DNA of 34,444 nt from Gemmatimonadales bacterium (GTDB lineage: Bacteria > Gemmatimonadota > Gemmatimonadetes > Gemmatimonadales > GWC2-71-9): assembly GCA_039794085.1 (NCBI GenBank), contig JBDIWC010000042.1:1-34444 (forward strand), written 5' to 3'. A program made the translations under genes and the position numbers. The notes under the pieces were generated by a model. That model did not search any database. It was not told the origin of the DNA and worked only from the letters and a program-made list of their open reading frames with translations. Shown piece after piece: positions 27,083 to 34,444 of the stretch; the stretch's first letter is position 1, and each line of letters opens with the position of its first letter.

Positions 27083-27511
27083 GCGGACGAGCCTTCCATC
27101 TGTGGGCCGAGCGGAGGAATACTCATTGCCACGGGCCTTCCGGAGTGGTCAAGATGCATGCGCGGGGCGACACTGGCAGCGGGCAGATGGGGAACCTCCC
27201 CCAGCCATGCCCATTCCAACGTTACCACATCGGGCCTGGTACTGGTAGTGATGAGAGGTGTTCCCCAGACTGCCCCTCACCGATCCCGCGGGATGCGGCA
27301 CAAGCGGGCCACGACCTACGGCATCCGAAGCAGTGGCGGGGGACCATCGCATGAGGAAGGCCAGACAATGGCACCAGCAGGGGCCATCAGGTGGCGCCCA
27401 TCTCCCGCAGGGTGTCCTCATGCCGCCGGAACCATCCCAGCAGGCGCTGAGCGGCACTGATCGCCTCCTCCAAGGTAGCTTGAGGGTGTGACAACCCTTG
27501 CCGGGGTCTCG

Positions 27512-27580
27512 CGGGGGTCAGGTCTTGTCATGTGCGCTTGTGAAATATTTCACAAGTGCACGGACCAAGACCTGCCCCCG
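27512..27580. repeat. 69-bp hairpin with a central Rex-box-like palindrome
   Basis: Outer arms cgggggtcaggtcttg and caagacctgcccccg; core TTGTGAAATATTTCACAA at 27538-27555. Confidence 0.75.
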
Positions 27581-28089
27581 TTATGACCCTGTTACATCCA
27601 GCCCACGGAGGCGCAGGCGTGGGCCACGAAATAGGTGACGAATCCCAGCAGGAACAACCGGGCCAGACAAGTGTCTGTCCTGGTCGGCTCCTTGCTCACC
27701 GAACAACCACTGGACCACCTTGAGGTGGTGAGATTCGCGCTGGCGGCATGAGATGTCCCGGGTGGAGGATGCCGGCACGGTTCGTGTGCCCGATCCAAGG
27801 TAGAGTGGGGGTGTGACAATGACACGCCAACGGTCACCTCTCTGACAGTCGCGGGATTGCCTTCTTGCAATGCGGATCAGATGACTGGTGGTGGTGGTGA
27901 AAGCCCCGCGAAGCGGCTGGCAAACTCCCCCACCCCCCTGTGGGTGCGCCGCTTGCGGCGCACCGCTCGAGTTTGGCCATTGACTAGATAATCCTCCATG
28001 CCTTCTTGAAAACCCTTCGATTTGCTGGCCTCCCTTTCGATTGTGTATCTAGTTATATTACTAGTTACACCCTTACCTGGAGCGGCCAC

Positions 28090-28299
28090 ATGGGATGCCC
28101 CACGAAGGTTCAACTCATCGCCCGGAAGAATTCGCAGCAATGGTACATCAATTTTCCCGCCGCTGTCGCCCAAGCAATGCAGTTCGAGCGCGGTGAACTC
28201 GTCGAGTGGTTCGTCGAGGATAAGGCTCACCTCGTCTTGAGACGGCATCAGGTGCCCGAGTCCGTCCTTCCCTCAAAAAAAAACCTCAAACGCTCGTGA
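28090..28299 (+). CDS. Small AbrB/SpoVT-like DNA-binding protein (IS orfA)
   Basis: GGAG RBS; TKVQLI...QWYINFPAAVAQAMQFERGELVEW fits the swapped-hairpin pattern; ends just after an A9 run. Confidence 0.72.
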   Translation: MGCPTKVQLIARKNSQQWYINFPAAVAQAMQFERGELVEWFVEDKAHLVLRRHQVPESVLPSKKNLKRS

Positions 28300-29711
28300 G
28301 CTGCATCGACGACATCCTGGGGGACAGTGCCAACGCCTGGGGACAGGATCGTTGCGGGCAGCGGCTCCGCCGGCATCTGCTCGCCTACCTCGTCGGCCTC
28401 GGCCGTCACACCGTCACCGGTCTCCTCAACACCTGTGGACGCTCGTTCGATGACTGGACCGCCGATTACCGTCTCTACTCACAAGAGCGAGTCGATCCGT
28501 CGAACATCTTCTCGGCGGTGCGGCGCGGCGTGGAACAAGCTTTGCCTGACGGGGAGCCGCTGGTGGTCGGAATGGATGACTCGATCGTGCGCAAAGGGGG
28601 GACCCATATCCCCGGCGTGGCCTGGCGGCGAGATCCCTTGGGACCGCCGTTCTCCACCAACTTCGTGCGCGGCCAGCGTTTCGTTCAGGTCTCTGTGGCT
28701 CTCCCCCTGACTCGGGAAGGCGCGGCTCGAATGCTTCCGGTTCAATTCCGACACGCGCCGACCGCGAGGCGGCTCCGCAGGAACGCACCAGAGGATGAAT
28801 GGGAAACCTACCGGATCGAGCAGAAGCAACGCAGCATCAATAATGTCGGCTCACAATGTCTCGCCGGCCTGCGCGCCGAGACCACCCGCCCCGTCTGGGC
28901 CGCGGTCGACGGCCGCTTCACCAATGGCAAGATCTTGAAAGGGCTTCCGGCCAACCTGACAGTGATCGGCCGAATCCGTGGCGACGCCAAACTCTACGGC
29001 CTGCCATCCCAGGGTCCTGCTTCGGCCGGACGGCGTCGCAGCTACGGAGAGCGGATCCCCACGCCGGAAGAAGTCAGAGCCGATGACAAGATCCCCTGGC
29101 ACGAGGTGGCAGCTTACGCCGCCGGAGAGATTCACAACTTCCGCATCAAGACCCTCGCGCCGATCCGGTGGAGAACGGCCGGCGGAAAAGTCGACCTCCG
29201 CCTGATCGTTATTGCGCCCTTGGGATATCGCCTTCGCAAAGGCGGCAGGCTGCTTTACCGGAGGCCGGCCTATCTCATCTGCACCGATCCGGACATTCCC
29301 GTCGACAAAGCTCTCCAGGCCTATCTCTGGCGGTGGGATGTCGAGGTGAATTTCCGCGACGAAAAAACGTTGCTCGGAGTCGGACAGGCCCAGGTCCGCC
29401 ATCCGGCGTCCGTCGAAAAGGTGCCCGCGCTCGGCGTGGCGGCCTATGCCGTCCTGCTGCTGGCCGCCGCGCGCGCCTACGGGCCGGAGGGCCGACCCGA
29501 CACCTTGCCGCCGCCGGCGTGGCGCCAGAAGGACACCCCGCCCCGCGCCACCACCATGAACCTGATCCAGCAGCTCCGGTACGAGTTATGGGCTCACACA
29601 CTGCAGCCAACGAATTTCTCCGGCTTCACGTCCAGGGGTCCCGCTGACCAGAAGCCGGAGAAATCTCTGCGGCCTCTGGAAATGGCGGTCTTCTACGCCC
29701 AGACGGGCTGA
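28296..29711 (+). CDS. DDE transposase (IS701/IS4 superfamily)
   Basis: VVGMDDS..RK, AAVDGRF, YLWRWDVEVNFRDEK (Y-x2-R-x3-E-x6-K). Confidence 0.9.
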   Translation: MSCIDDILGDSANAWGQDRCGQRLRRHLLAYLVGLGRHTVTGLLNTCGRSFDDWTADYRLYSQERVDPSNIFSAVRRGVEQALPDGEPLVVGMDDSIVRKGGTHIPGVAWRRDPLGPPFSTNFVRGQRFVQVSVALPLTREGAARMLPVQFRHAPTARRLRRNAPEDEWETYRIEQKQRSINNVGSQCLAGLRAETTRPVWAAVDGRFTNGKILKGLPANLTVIGRIRGDAKLYGLPSQGPASAGRRRSYGERIPTPEEVRADDKIPWHEVAAYAAGEIHNFRIKTLAPIRWRTAGGKVDLRLIVIAPLGYRLRKGGRLLYRRPAYLICTDPDIPVDKALQAYLWRWDVEVNFRDEKTLLGVGQAQVRHPASVEKVPALGVAAYAVLLLAAARAYGPEGRPDTLPPPAWRQKDTPPRATTMNLIQQLRYELWAHTLQPTNFSGFTSRGPADQKPEKSLRPLEMAVFYAQTG

Positions 29712-29779
29712 AAAAAGAGCCAAAGTCCAGGGGTGCTCCGCTTGCGGCGCACCGGGCGTAGATCCAACTTCCCTGCTCC

Positions 29780-29982
29780 GGGTGCGCCGCACGCGGCGCG
29801 CCCGCAACATGCCGCAGCTCCACCCGCGAACGACGAAGGCCAGGCGAGATGGCCGCCGTGACCAGACCCCGCCGGGTTCCGCTCACGGGATCGCCACGGA
29901 CTCCTGCGGAGTCCTCGCGATGACAAGTCCCGTGTCCTTCAGGACTCGTCGCCGAAGGCGCCGAGGCCGGGCTTCAGCCCGG
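29780..29982 (+). repeat. 203-bp direct repeat, copy 1 (composite of palindromes)
   Basis: Matches 31584-31786 at 200/203 by manual comparison. Confidence 0.93.
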
Positions 29983-31000
29983 CGATCGTGGGGGCAACGG
30001 AAGAATGGACCCCGGTCTTCGCCAGGGTGACGATCACCTCCGCCTCCAGTCGCGCATAGCTCGTCTCCATTCCGCCCACCATGCCGGTGCCGAGCACCAT
30101 GTCGCGCACCGCGGCGCTGGGATAGGTGATCACGAAGGTGAGCAGGGTCCCGGCCTCCACCGGGGTCAGGGTCATCACATTGATGGTTCCAGGGCCCTCC
30201 ATGCCGATCATCCGTTCGGTCGTCTCGACCCGATGCGGCGGATCTGACGCGAGCAGTTCCCCTTCAAAACCGAACCGGCTGGTCCCGTCCAGCTTCTCCC
30301 ACTCGTACCGATAGGTGTCGCCGACGCGCCGGGCCACCTCACAGACCGGCATCCTCCAGCCATCGGGGCCGAGCAGCCAGCGCTGCAGCAATTCGGGCTC
30401 ATGATGGGCCCGCCACACCTGCTCGACCGTCCCGCGGATGACGCGGCAGATACGCACCTGGGTGTCGTTGAGAATCAGCGCCTCGGTGGGACGACTCGCC
30501 GCAAAGGCTGCCAGGTCGGCCAGGAGACCGTCCATCTGCCCGAGTGCCTCGCTCATCCCCTCGACCATCCCCATCGCCACCAGCTTCTCCATATCCTGAA
30601 TGCTGCGGAAACGGGTGACACCCGTGAACCGCGATCCGGTCCGAGTCTCCTCGAAGGTGAAGACCATCGTCATGGCGGGCATGGCAGGATCGGGGCTCCC
30701 GTCCTCCAGGGCAAAGCCGTTGATCACCTCCAGCCGGTGCGGGGCCTCCACCGCGACACACTCCCAGAAGCAGTTGGGTGACTTCTCACCGTCCGGCCCG
30801 GTCATGTAGTAGTGCGACCGCCCCCCGACCGTCATGTCATGCCGGAGGAAGGTGGCGGGCCAGGTGGGCGGGCCCCAGAACTTCTCGATCTGACGCGGGT
30901 CAACCCACGCCTCCCAGAGGCGCGAGAGGGGGACGGGGTATTCGCCCACGAGGGTGAGGGTCAGCTCCTTCGGGTCGGAGGTGACGGATGTGATCGGTAT
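29939..31000 (-). CDS. Tandem SRPBCC (AHSA1-like) domain protein; apparent ATA start codon
   Basis: Two START-like domains (LW.AW.DP....FWGP; VWRAHHEPELLQRWLLGPDGW.M); frame extends 17 codons upstream of GTG 30949 to ATA 31000, 6 nt after a GGAG RBS. Confidence 0.88.
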   Translation of the reverse strand: MPITSVTSDPKELTLTLVGEYPVPLSRLWEAWVDPRQIEKFWGPPTWPATFLRHDMTVGGRSHYYMTGPDGEKSPNCFWECVAVEAPHRLEVINGFALEDGSPDPAMPAMTMVFTFEETRTGSRFTGVTRFRSIQDMEKLVAMGMVEGMSEALGQMDGLLADLAAFAASRPTEALILNDTQVRICRVIRGTVEQVWRAHHEPELLQRWLLGPDGWRMPVCEVARRVGDTYRYEWEKLDGTSRFGFEGELLASDPPHRVETTERMIGMEGPGTINVMTLTPVEAGTLLTFVITYPSAAVRDMVLGTGMVGGMETSYARLEAEVIVTLAKTGVHSSVAPTIAGLKPGLGAFGDES

Positions 31001-31003
31001 GGG

Positions 31004-31354
31004 CTACTCCCTGGTGGTGGGCTCGGCGAGCACCGCATCAAGCTGGTTGAATCGGGCCTTCCAGAGGGCTTCGAGCCGGGTGAGCAGCTCGCGCGCCCGG
31101 GCGATGCGCTCCGGATTGCCACGGACAATCCGCTCGCGGCCCTGCGGATGCTTGGTCACCAGTCCCGCTCGTTCCAGGACGGCGATGTGCTTCTGCACAG
31201 CCGCGAAGGACATGTCATAGCGAGCGGCGAGTGCCGAGACCGACGCCTCCTCTCCAGAGAGGAGGCGGGTAACGATGGCACGCCGCGTCCGGTCAGCGAG
31301 GGCGCGGAAGAGGCGGTCCACCTCGGCGTCGTTCAATCGTCTAGATACAACCAT
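31004..31354 (-). CDS. ArsR/SmtB family transcriptional regulator
   Basis: FRALADRTRRAI, SVSALA..YDMSFAAVQKHIAVLERAGLV, GRER. Confidence 0.93.
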   Translation of the reverse strand: MVVSRRLNDAEVDRLFRALADRTRRAIVTRLLSGEEASVSALAARYDMSFAAVQKHIAVLERAGLVTKHPQGRERIVRGNPERIARARELLTRLEALWKARFNQLDAVLAEPTTRE

Positions 31355-31391
31355 ATGGTTGTATCTTATCACCCGATTATCCGCGGCGCAA
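31343..31391 (-). promoter_or_regulatory. arsR promoter and perfect 24-bp palindromic operator over the start codon
   Basis: AGATACAACCATATGGTTGTATCT (31343-31366) is a perfect palindrome; minus strand reads TTGCGC-17-TAAGAT-8 nt-ATG. Confidence 0.8.
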
Positions 31392-31415
31392 GTCCCCCGC
31401 CTGAACGCAGGTCCC

Positions 31416-31477
31416 CGGTAGGCGGTAGGCGGCAGTGCGGTAGACGGCAGTGCGGCAGGCGGCAGGCGGCAGGCGGA
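31416..31477. repeat. GGCGG(T/C)A heptamer tandem repeat
   Basis: cggtaggcggtaggcggcagtgcggtagacggcagtgcggcaggcggcaggcggcaggcgga. Confidence 0.8.
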
Positions 31478-31583
31478 AGCTGACTGCAAGGCGGCAGGGG
31501 ATAGGGCTGTAGCGGTGGAAAAGTGGCACCGGCCTTGGGCCTGTAGGCCCCGCCGAGCGGCTGGCAACCCACCGACCCCCTGT

Positions 31584-31786
31584 GGGTGCGCCGCACGCGG
31601 CGCACCCGCAACATGCCGCAGCTCCACCCGCGAACGACGAAGGCCAGGCGAGATGGCCGCCGTGACCAGACCCCGCCGGGTTCCGCTCACGGGATCGCCA
31701 CGGACTCCTGCGGAGTCCTCGCGATGACAAGTCCCGTGTCCTTCAGGACTCGTCGCCGAAGGCGCCGAGCGCGGGCTTCAGCCCGG
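31584..31786 (+). repeat. 203-bp direct repeat, copy 2
   Basis: Matches 29780-29982; its upstream flank (agcggctggcaa...cccctgtg) also resembles 27910-27942. Confidence 0.93.
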
Positions 31787-31866
31787 GGACCGGATCGTGC
31801 GAGTAAGGCATTGAATCGCAATGTTTTAGGGGCCAGCCGTCCCCAGGGGGCACCAAAGATCGTCGG

Positions 31867-31896
31867 TTGACGCCGACCGGGGGTGCTGCTTACCTT
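31867..31896 (+). promoter_or_regulatory. Probable sigma70 promoter of the tRNA pair
   Basis: TTGACG-18 bp-TACCTT, 14 nt upstream of tRNA-Ala. Confidence 0.55.
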
Positions 31897-31910
31897 TGTC
31901 AGCCCGTTTC

Positions 31911-31983
31911 GGGGCTGTAGCTCAGCTGGGAGAGCGCTGCGTTCGCAATGCAGAGGTCAGGGGTTCGATCCCCCTCAGCTCCA
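31911..31983 (+). tRNA. tRNA-Ala (anticodon CGC)
   Basis: GGGGCTG/CAGCTCC acceptor stem with G3:U70; anticodon arm CTGCG-TTCGCAA-TGCAG; GTTCGATC T-loop; CCA not fully encoded. Confidence 0.97.
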
Positions 31984-32004
31984 CCTGCAGTTCACATAGT
32001 CCAG

Positions 32005-32077
32005 TGCCCCTTGGTGTAACTGGCAACACGCCTGACTCTGGATCAGGAGAGTCCTGGTTCGATCCCAGGAGGGGCAA
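32005..32077 (+). tRNA. tRNA-Gln (anticodon CTG)
   Basis: TGCCCCT/AGGGGCA acceptor stem; anticodon arm CCTGA-CTCTGGA-TCAGG; GGTTCGATCC; no encoded CCA. Confidence 0.95.
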
Positions 32078-32084
32078 TCGTCAA

Positions 32085-32130
32085 AAGTTTGAAGGTGGAA
32101 GTTCGAAGTGTGAAGGTGAAAGTTTGAAGG
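32085..32130. repeat. GAAGT(T/G)(T/C) heptamer array
   Basis: aaagtttgaaggtggaagttcgaagtgtgaaggtgaaagtttgaagg between tRNA-Gln and the sigma factor stop codon. Confidence 0.8.
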
Positions 32131-32139
32131 CGGGAGGCC

Positions 32140-32742
32140 CTATGCCGCCACCGCCGCCAGCTGTTCCCGCATCGACGCCGCCACCTGACGCCGAGCCCGG
32201 TTGAGTCGGCTCTTCACCGTCCCCAGATCACACCGCAGCCGCTCGGCGATCTCCCCGTAGCTCATCCCCTCCATCTCCCGCAGCACGAACACCTCGCGCT
32301 GACCCGCCGGCAGATCCGCCGCCGTCTCCCGAACCAGCTCCACCAGATCCTCCGACTCGACCCGCAGGTCCGCTCCCACCGCGTCATCCGCATCCACCAT
32401 CACCTGATCCACCCGCCCCGGCGGCAACGACTCCAGAGCCACCGTTCGCCGCCGCTTCCGCCGCCGCAACTCGTCCCGCGCCAGGTTGCCCGCGATGGTG
32501 AAGATCCAGGTCGAAAAATCCCGCGAGGGGTCAAACCGATGACCATGCCGGAACACCCGGAAAAAGGTCTCCTGCACGATCTCCTCCGCCCGGTCGGTGT
32601 CCTGCACCATCCGCGACGCAAATGCCATCAACCGCCGCCGGTAGAGGCGGTCCAGGTGCCCGAATGCTTCATCATCCCCAGCCAGATGAGCCCGCACCAG
32701 CGCGGCGGGATCAGTCAGTTCATGGGTCTTGAGGGAAGACAT
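32140..32742 (-). CDS. ECF (sigma-70 group 4) RNA polymerase sigma factor
   Basis: AEEIVQETFFRV, FSTWIFTIAGN (region 2); LP..QREVFVLRE.EGMSY.EIAE.L....GTVKSRLNRAR (region 4). Confidence 0.94.
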   Translation of the reverse strand: MSSLKTHELTDPAALVRAHLAGDDEAFGHLDRLYRRRLMAFASRMVQDTDRAEEIVQETFFRVFRHGHRFDPSRDFSTWIFTIAGNLARDELRRRKRRRTVALESLPPGRVDQVMVDADDAVGADLRVESEDLVELVRETAADLPAGQREVFVLREMEGMSYGEIAERLRCDLGTVKSRLNRARRQVAASMREQLAAVAA

Positions 32743-32751
32743 GGATCATCC

Positions 32752-32796
32752 TTGTTCATATTATGTCCATATAATAACTGGACAATACATGGAACA
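32752..32796. promoter_or_regulatory. AT-rich divergent promoter region with TG(A/G)ACA repeats
   Basis: TGTTCA at 32753 and TGTCCA at 32764 (11-bp period), inverted TGGACA at 32779; TATAAT at 32770 on plus; TTGTCC-16-TAATAT on minus. Confidence 0.6.
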
Positions 32797-32901
32797 CAAG
32801 GGCCACCACCGAACCGGAGCTGGACCGGTTGAGGAACCTCCCCTCCGGTCGCCGCGTAATCCGGTGACCAGACTCCGGAGGACAGGATCATCACCCCATC
32901 G

Positions 32902-34296
32902 GTGGACCCACTGCGCCTGCATCTCCCCTCGAACACGCGCCGGCTCGATCCGCGCCAGGGAGGGGAGTTCGTCCTCTACTGGCTGCAGGCCACGATGCGC
33001 TCGCATGAAAACTTTGCGCTCACCGCCGCGGTGGAATGGGCCAACCGGCTCCGTCTCCCGGTTCTCGTCTACCAGGGTCTCCGACCCGACTACCCCTGGG
33101 CAAGCGACCGTCTCCATACCTTCATCCTGGAGAGTGTGATCGATCTTGCGGACCGATTCGCCGCACGAGGAATCCAGTATGGCTTCCACCTCGACCGGGG
33201 GGTGGACTCGCGGCCCGTTCGATCTCCGCTGATCGAGCTGGCCGAGCGCGCCGCCCTGGTGGTCACCGACTGGACCCCGACCTTCATCGCTCCCCGGCAG
33301 ATCCGTTCCCTGCGCCGCCGCACCGTGACTCCCGTGATCGCAGTGGACTCCACCACCGTCGTACCCGTGGCCCATCACGATCGCGATTGGCCCACCGCGC
33401 GCGGAATCCGCCCCCGGCTCCTCGCCGCCCTGCCCCACCACCTGCACCCGGTCCCCGATGCCGACCCGCTGATCCGTCTCCCGATCGATCTTCCCTTCAC
33501 ACCCGACTGCCCGACCACCGCCACGATTCCCACCCTCGTGGCCCAATGTCCCATCGATCACACGGTCCCCCCCTCTCCGACCATCCGCGGTGGCATGGCG
33601 GCTGCCGAGGCGCGTCTCGACTGGTTCGTGAACCACGGGCTTCCCTGCTATGAGGAGAAACGGAACGACCCGATGGTCGACGCCACCAGCCGGCTCAGTG
33701 CCCACCTCCACTTCGGCACCATCGCGATACAGCGCGTTCTGCTCACCGCGCGCGACGGGGGACCGGAACCGCAATACGCCAAGTTCCTCGACGAGGCCTT
33801 GGTCTGGAGGGAACTCGCCCACAATTTCGTGGACCGCGACCCCCGGCATCGCACCCTGGACGCCCTCCCCTCCTGGGCTCGGCAGGAACTCCTCGATCAC
33901 TCCGCCGACCCGAGGCCCGCCCTGTACGATGAGGAGACCCTCGACCGGGGCGCGACCGGTGACTCGCTCTGGAATGCCTGCCAGCGATCACTCCGGCGGG
34001 ATGGCGAACTCCACAACTGGCTGCGGATGCTCTGGGGAAAGTCGGTGCTGCAGTGGACCGATCACCCCGCCGAGGCGCTCCGAATCCTGGAACAGCTGAA
34101 CAACCGGTACGCGCTCGATGGACGGGATGCCAATTCGTACGGTGGGATCCTCTGGTGCTTCGGCAAGTTCGACCGGCCGTTCTATCGCCGGCCGGTGTAC
34201 GGGACGGTGCGTTACATGAGCCTCACGGCGGCGCGAAAGAAGTTCGATGCGAAGGGGTTTGAAGCTCGAAGTTCTGACAATGAACCCCGGCGTTGA
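32902..34296 (+). CDS. phrB: Class II CPD (deoxyribodipyrimidine) photolyase
   Basis: FVLYW, SRLSAHLHFG, FLDEALVWRELA.NF, LHNWLRMLWGK, YALDGRDANSYGGILWCFG, GTVRYMS. Confidence 0.92.
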   Translation: MDPLRLHLPSNTRRLDPRQGGEFVLYWLQATMRSHENFALTAAVEWANRLRLPVLVYQGLRPDYPWASDRLHTFILESVIDLADRFAARGIQYGFHLDRGVDSRPVRSPLIELAERAALVVTDWTPTFIAPRQIRSLRRRTVTPVIAVDSTTVVPVAHHDRDWPTARGIRPRLLAALPHHLHPVPDADPLIRLPIDLPFTPDCPTTATIPTLVAQCPIDHTVPPSPTIRGGMAAAEARLDWFVNHGLPCYEEKRNDPMVDATSRLSAHLHFGTIAIQRVLLTARDGGPEPQYAKFLDEALVWRELAHNFVDRDPRHRTLDALPSWARQELLDHSADPRPALYDEETLDRGATGDSLWNACQRSLRRDGELHNWLRMLWGKSVLQWTDHPAEALRILEQLNNRYALDGRDANSYGGILWCFGKFDRPFYRRPVYGTVRYMSLTAARKKFDAKGFEARSSDNEPRR

Positions 34297-34444
34297 CCGG
34301 GGGTGAGGGCCCCTACACCCTATTCCCTAAGCCGGCAGAGCCGGAACCAAAGAGGCTTACACACTCGGAGCCACAGATACTGCCCGGGTATGCTCGCGGT
34401 CTGCGGGGTTCCTACTCCCAAGACCAGATGCGGCCCGACACCTG

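Larger units (their letters stand above)
27966..29730 (+). mobile_element. IS element (IS4/IS701-like DDE) with two ORFs
   Basis: Imperfect terminal inverted repeats CTCGAGTTTGGC (27966-27977) and GCCAAAGTCCAG (29719-29730), 10/12; flanked by 24-bp direct repeats 27942-27965 and 29731-29754 (23/24). Confidence 0.85.

Noticed and set aside
27592..27870. 92-aa minus-strand ORF with a hydrophobic C-terminus (possible small membrane peptide)
   Set aside because: No RBS or family motif; cannot be supported from sequence alone.
34293..34444. Possible promoter and structured RNA or leader after the photolyase
   Set aside because: TTGACC has no properly spaced -10, I recognised no RNA family, and the region is cut by the window edge; an Rfam search would decide.

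Overview
GC-rich bacterial DNA; the gene content is suggestive of Gemmatimonadota, but this is inference only. The left part (1-11.2 kb) is ordinary: AhpD/CMD-like protein, TetR, HD-GYP phosphodiesterase, membrane protein, mgsA, Uma2, DUF885 and a VPS10/BNR beta-propeller protein, separated by 7-bp tandem repeats. The centre (11.8-27.1 kb, minus strand) is a restriction-like defence island. Its core is a SNF2 helicase-DUF3883, a DUF1156 N6-adenine methyltransferase and a DUF499 ATPase. Interleaved cargo comprises two low-GC genes, a zeta-like ATPase pair, an ImmA/IrrE remnant, an MntA-HepT pair and an Fe-S HhH-GPD glycosylase. The most striking feature is inside the methyltransferase: a complete HUH/Y1 (RAYT/TnpA-REP-like) transposase domain is inserted in frame between two inverted 25-bp REP-like palindromes. 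Eight further full copies of that REP, plus one partial copy, sit in frame inside the methyltransferase and the DUF499 gene; two pairs look like empty versions of the RAYT cassette. The right part holds an IS4/IS701-like element with an AbrB-like upstream ORF, an A9 slippery site and 24-bp REP-hairpin direct repeats. It is followed by an ArsR-SRPBCC pair between 203-bp direct repeats, tRNA-Ala(CGC), tRNA-Gln(CTG), and a divergent ECF sigma factor / class II photolyase pair. All family assignments come from motif recognition by eye; no database searches were run.
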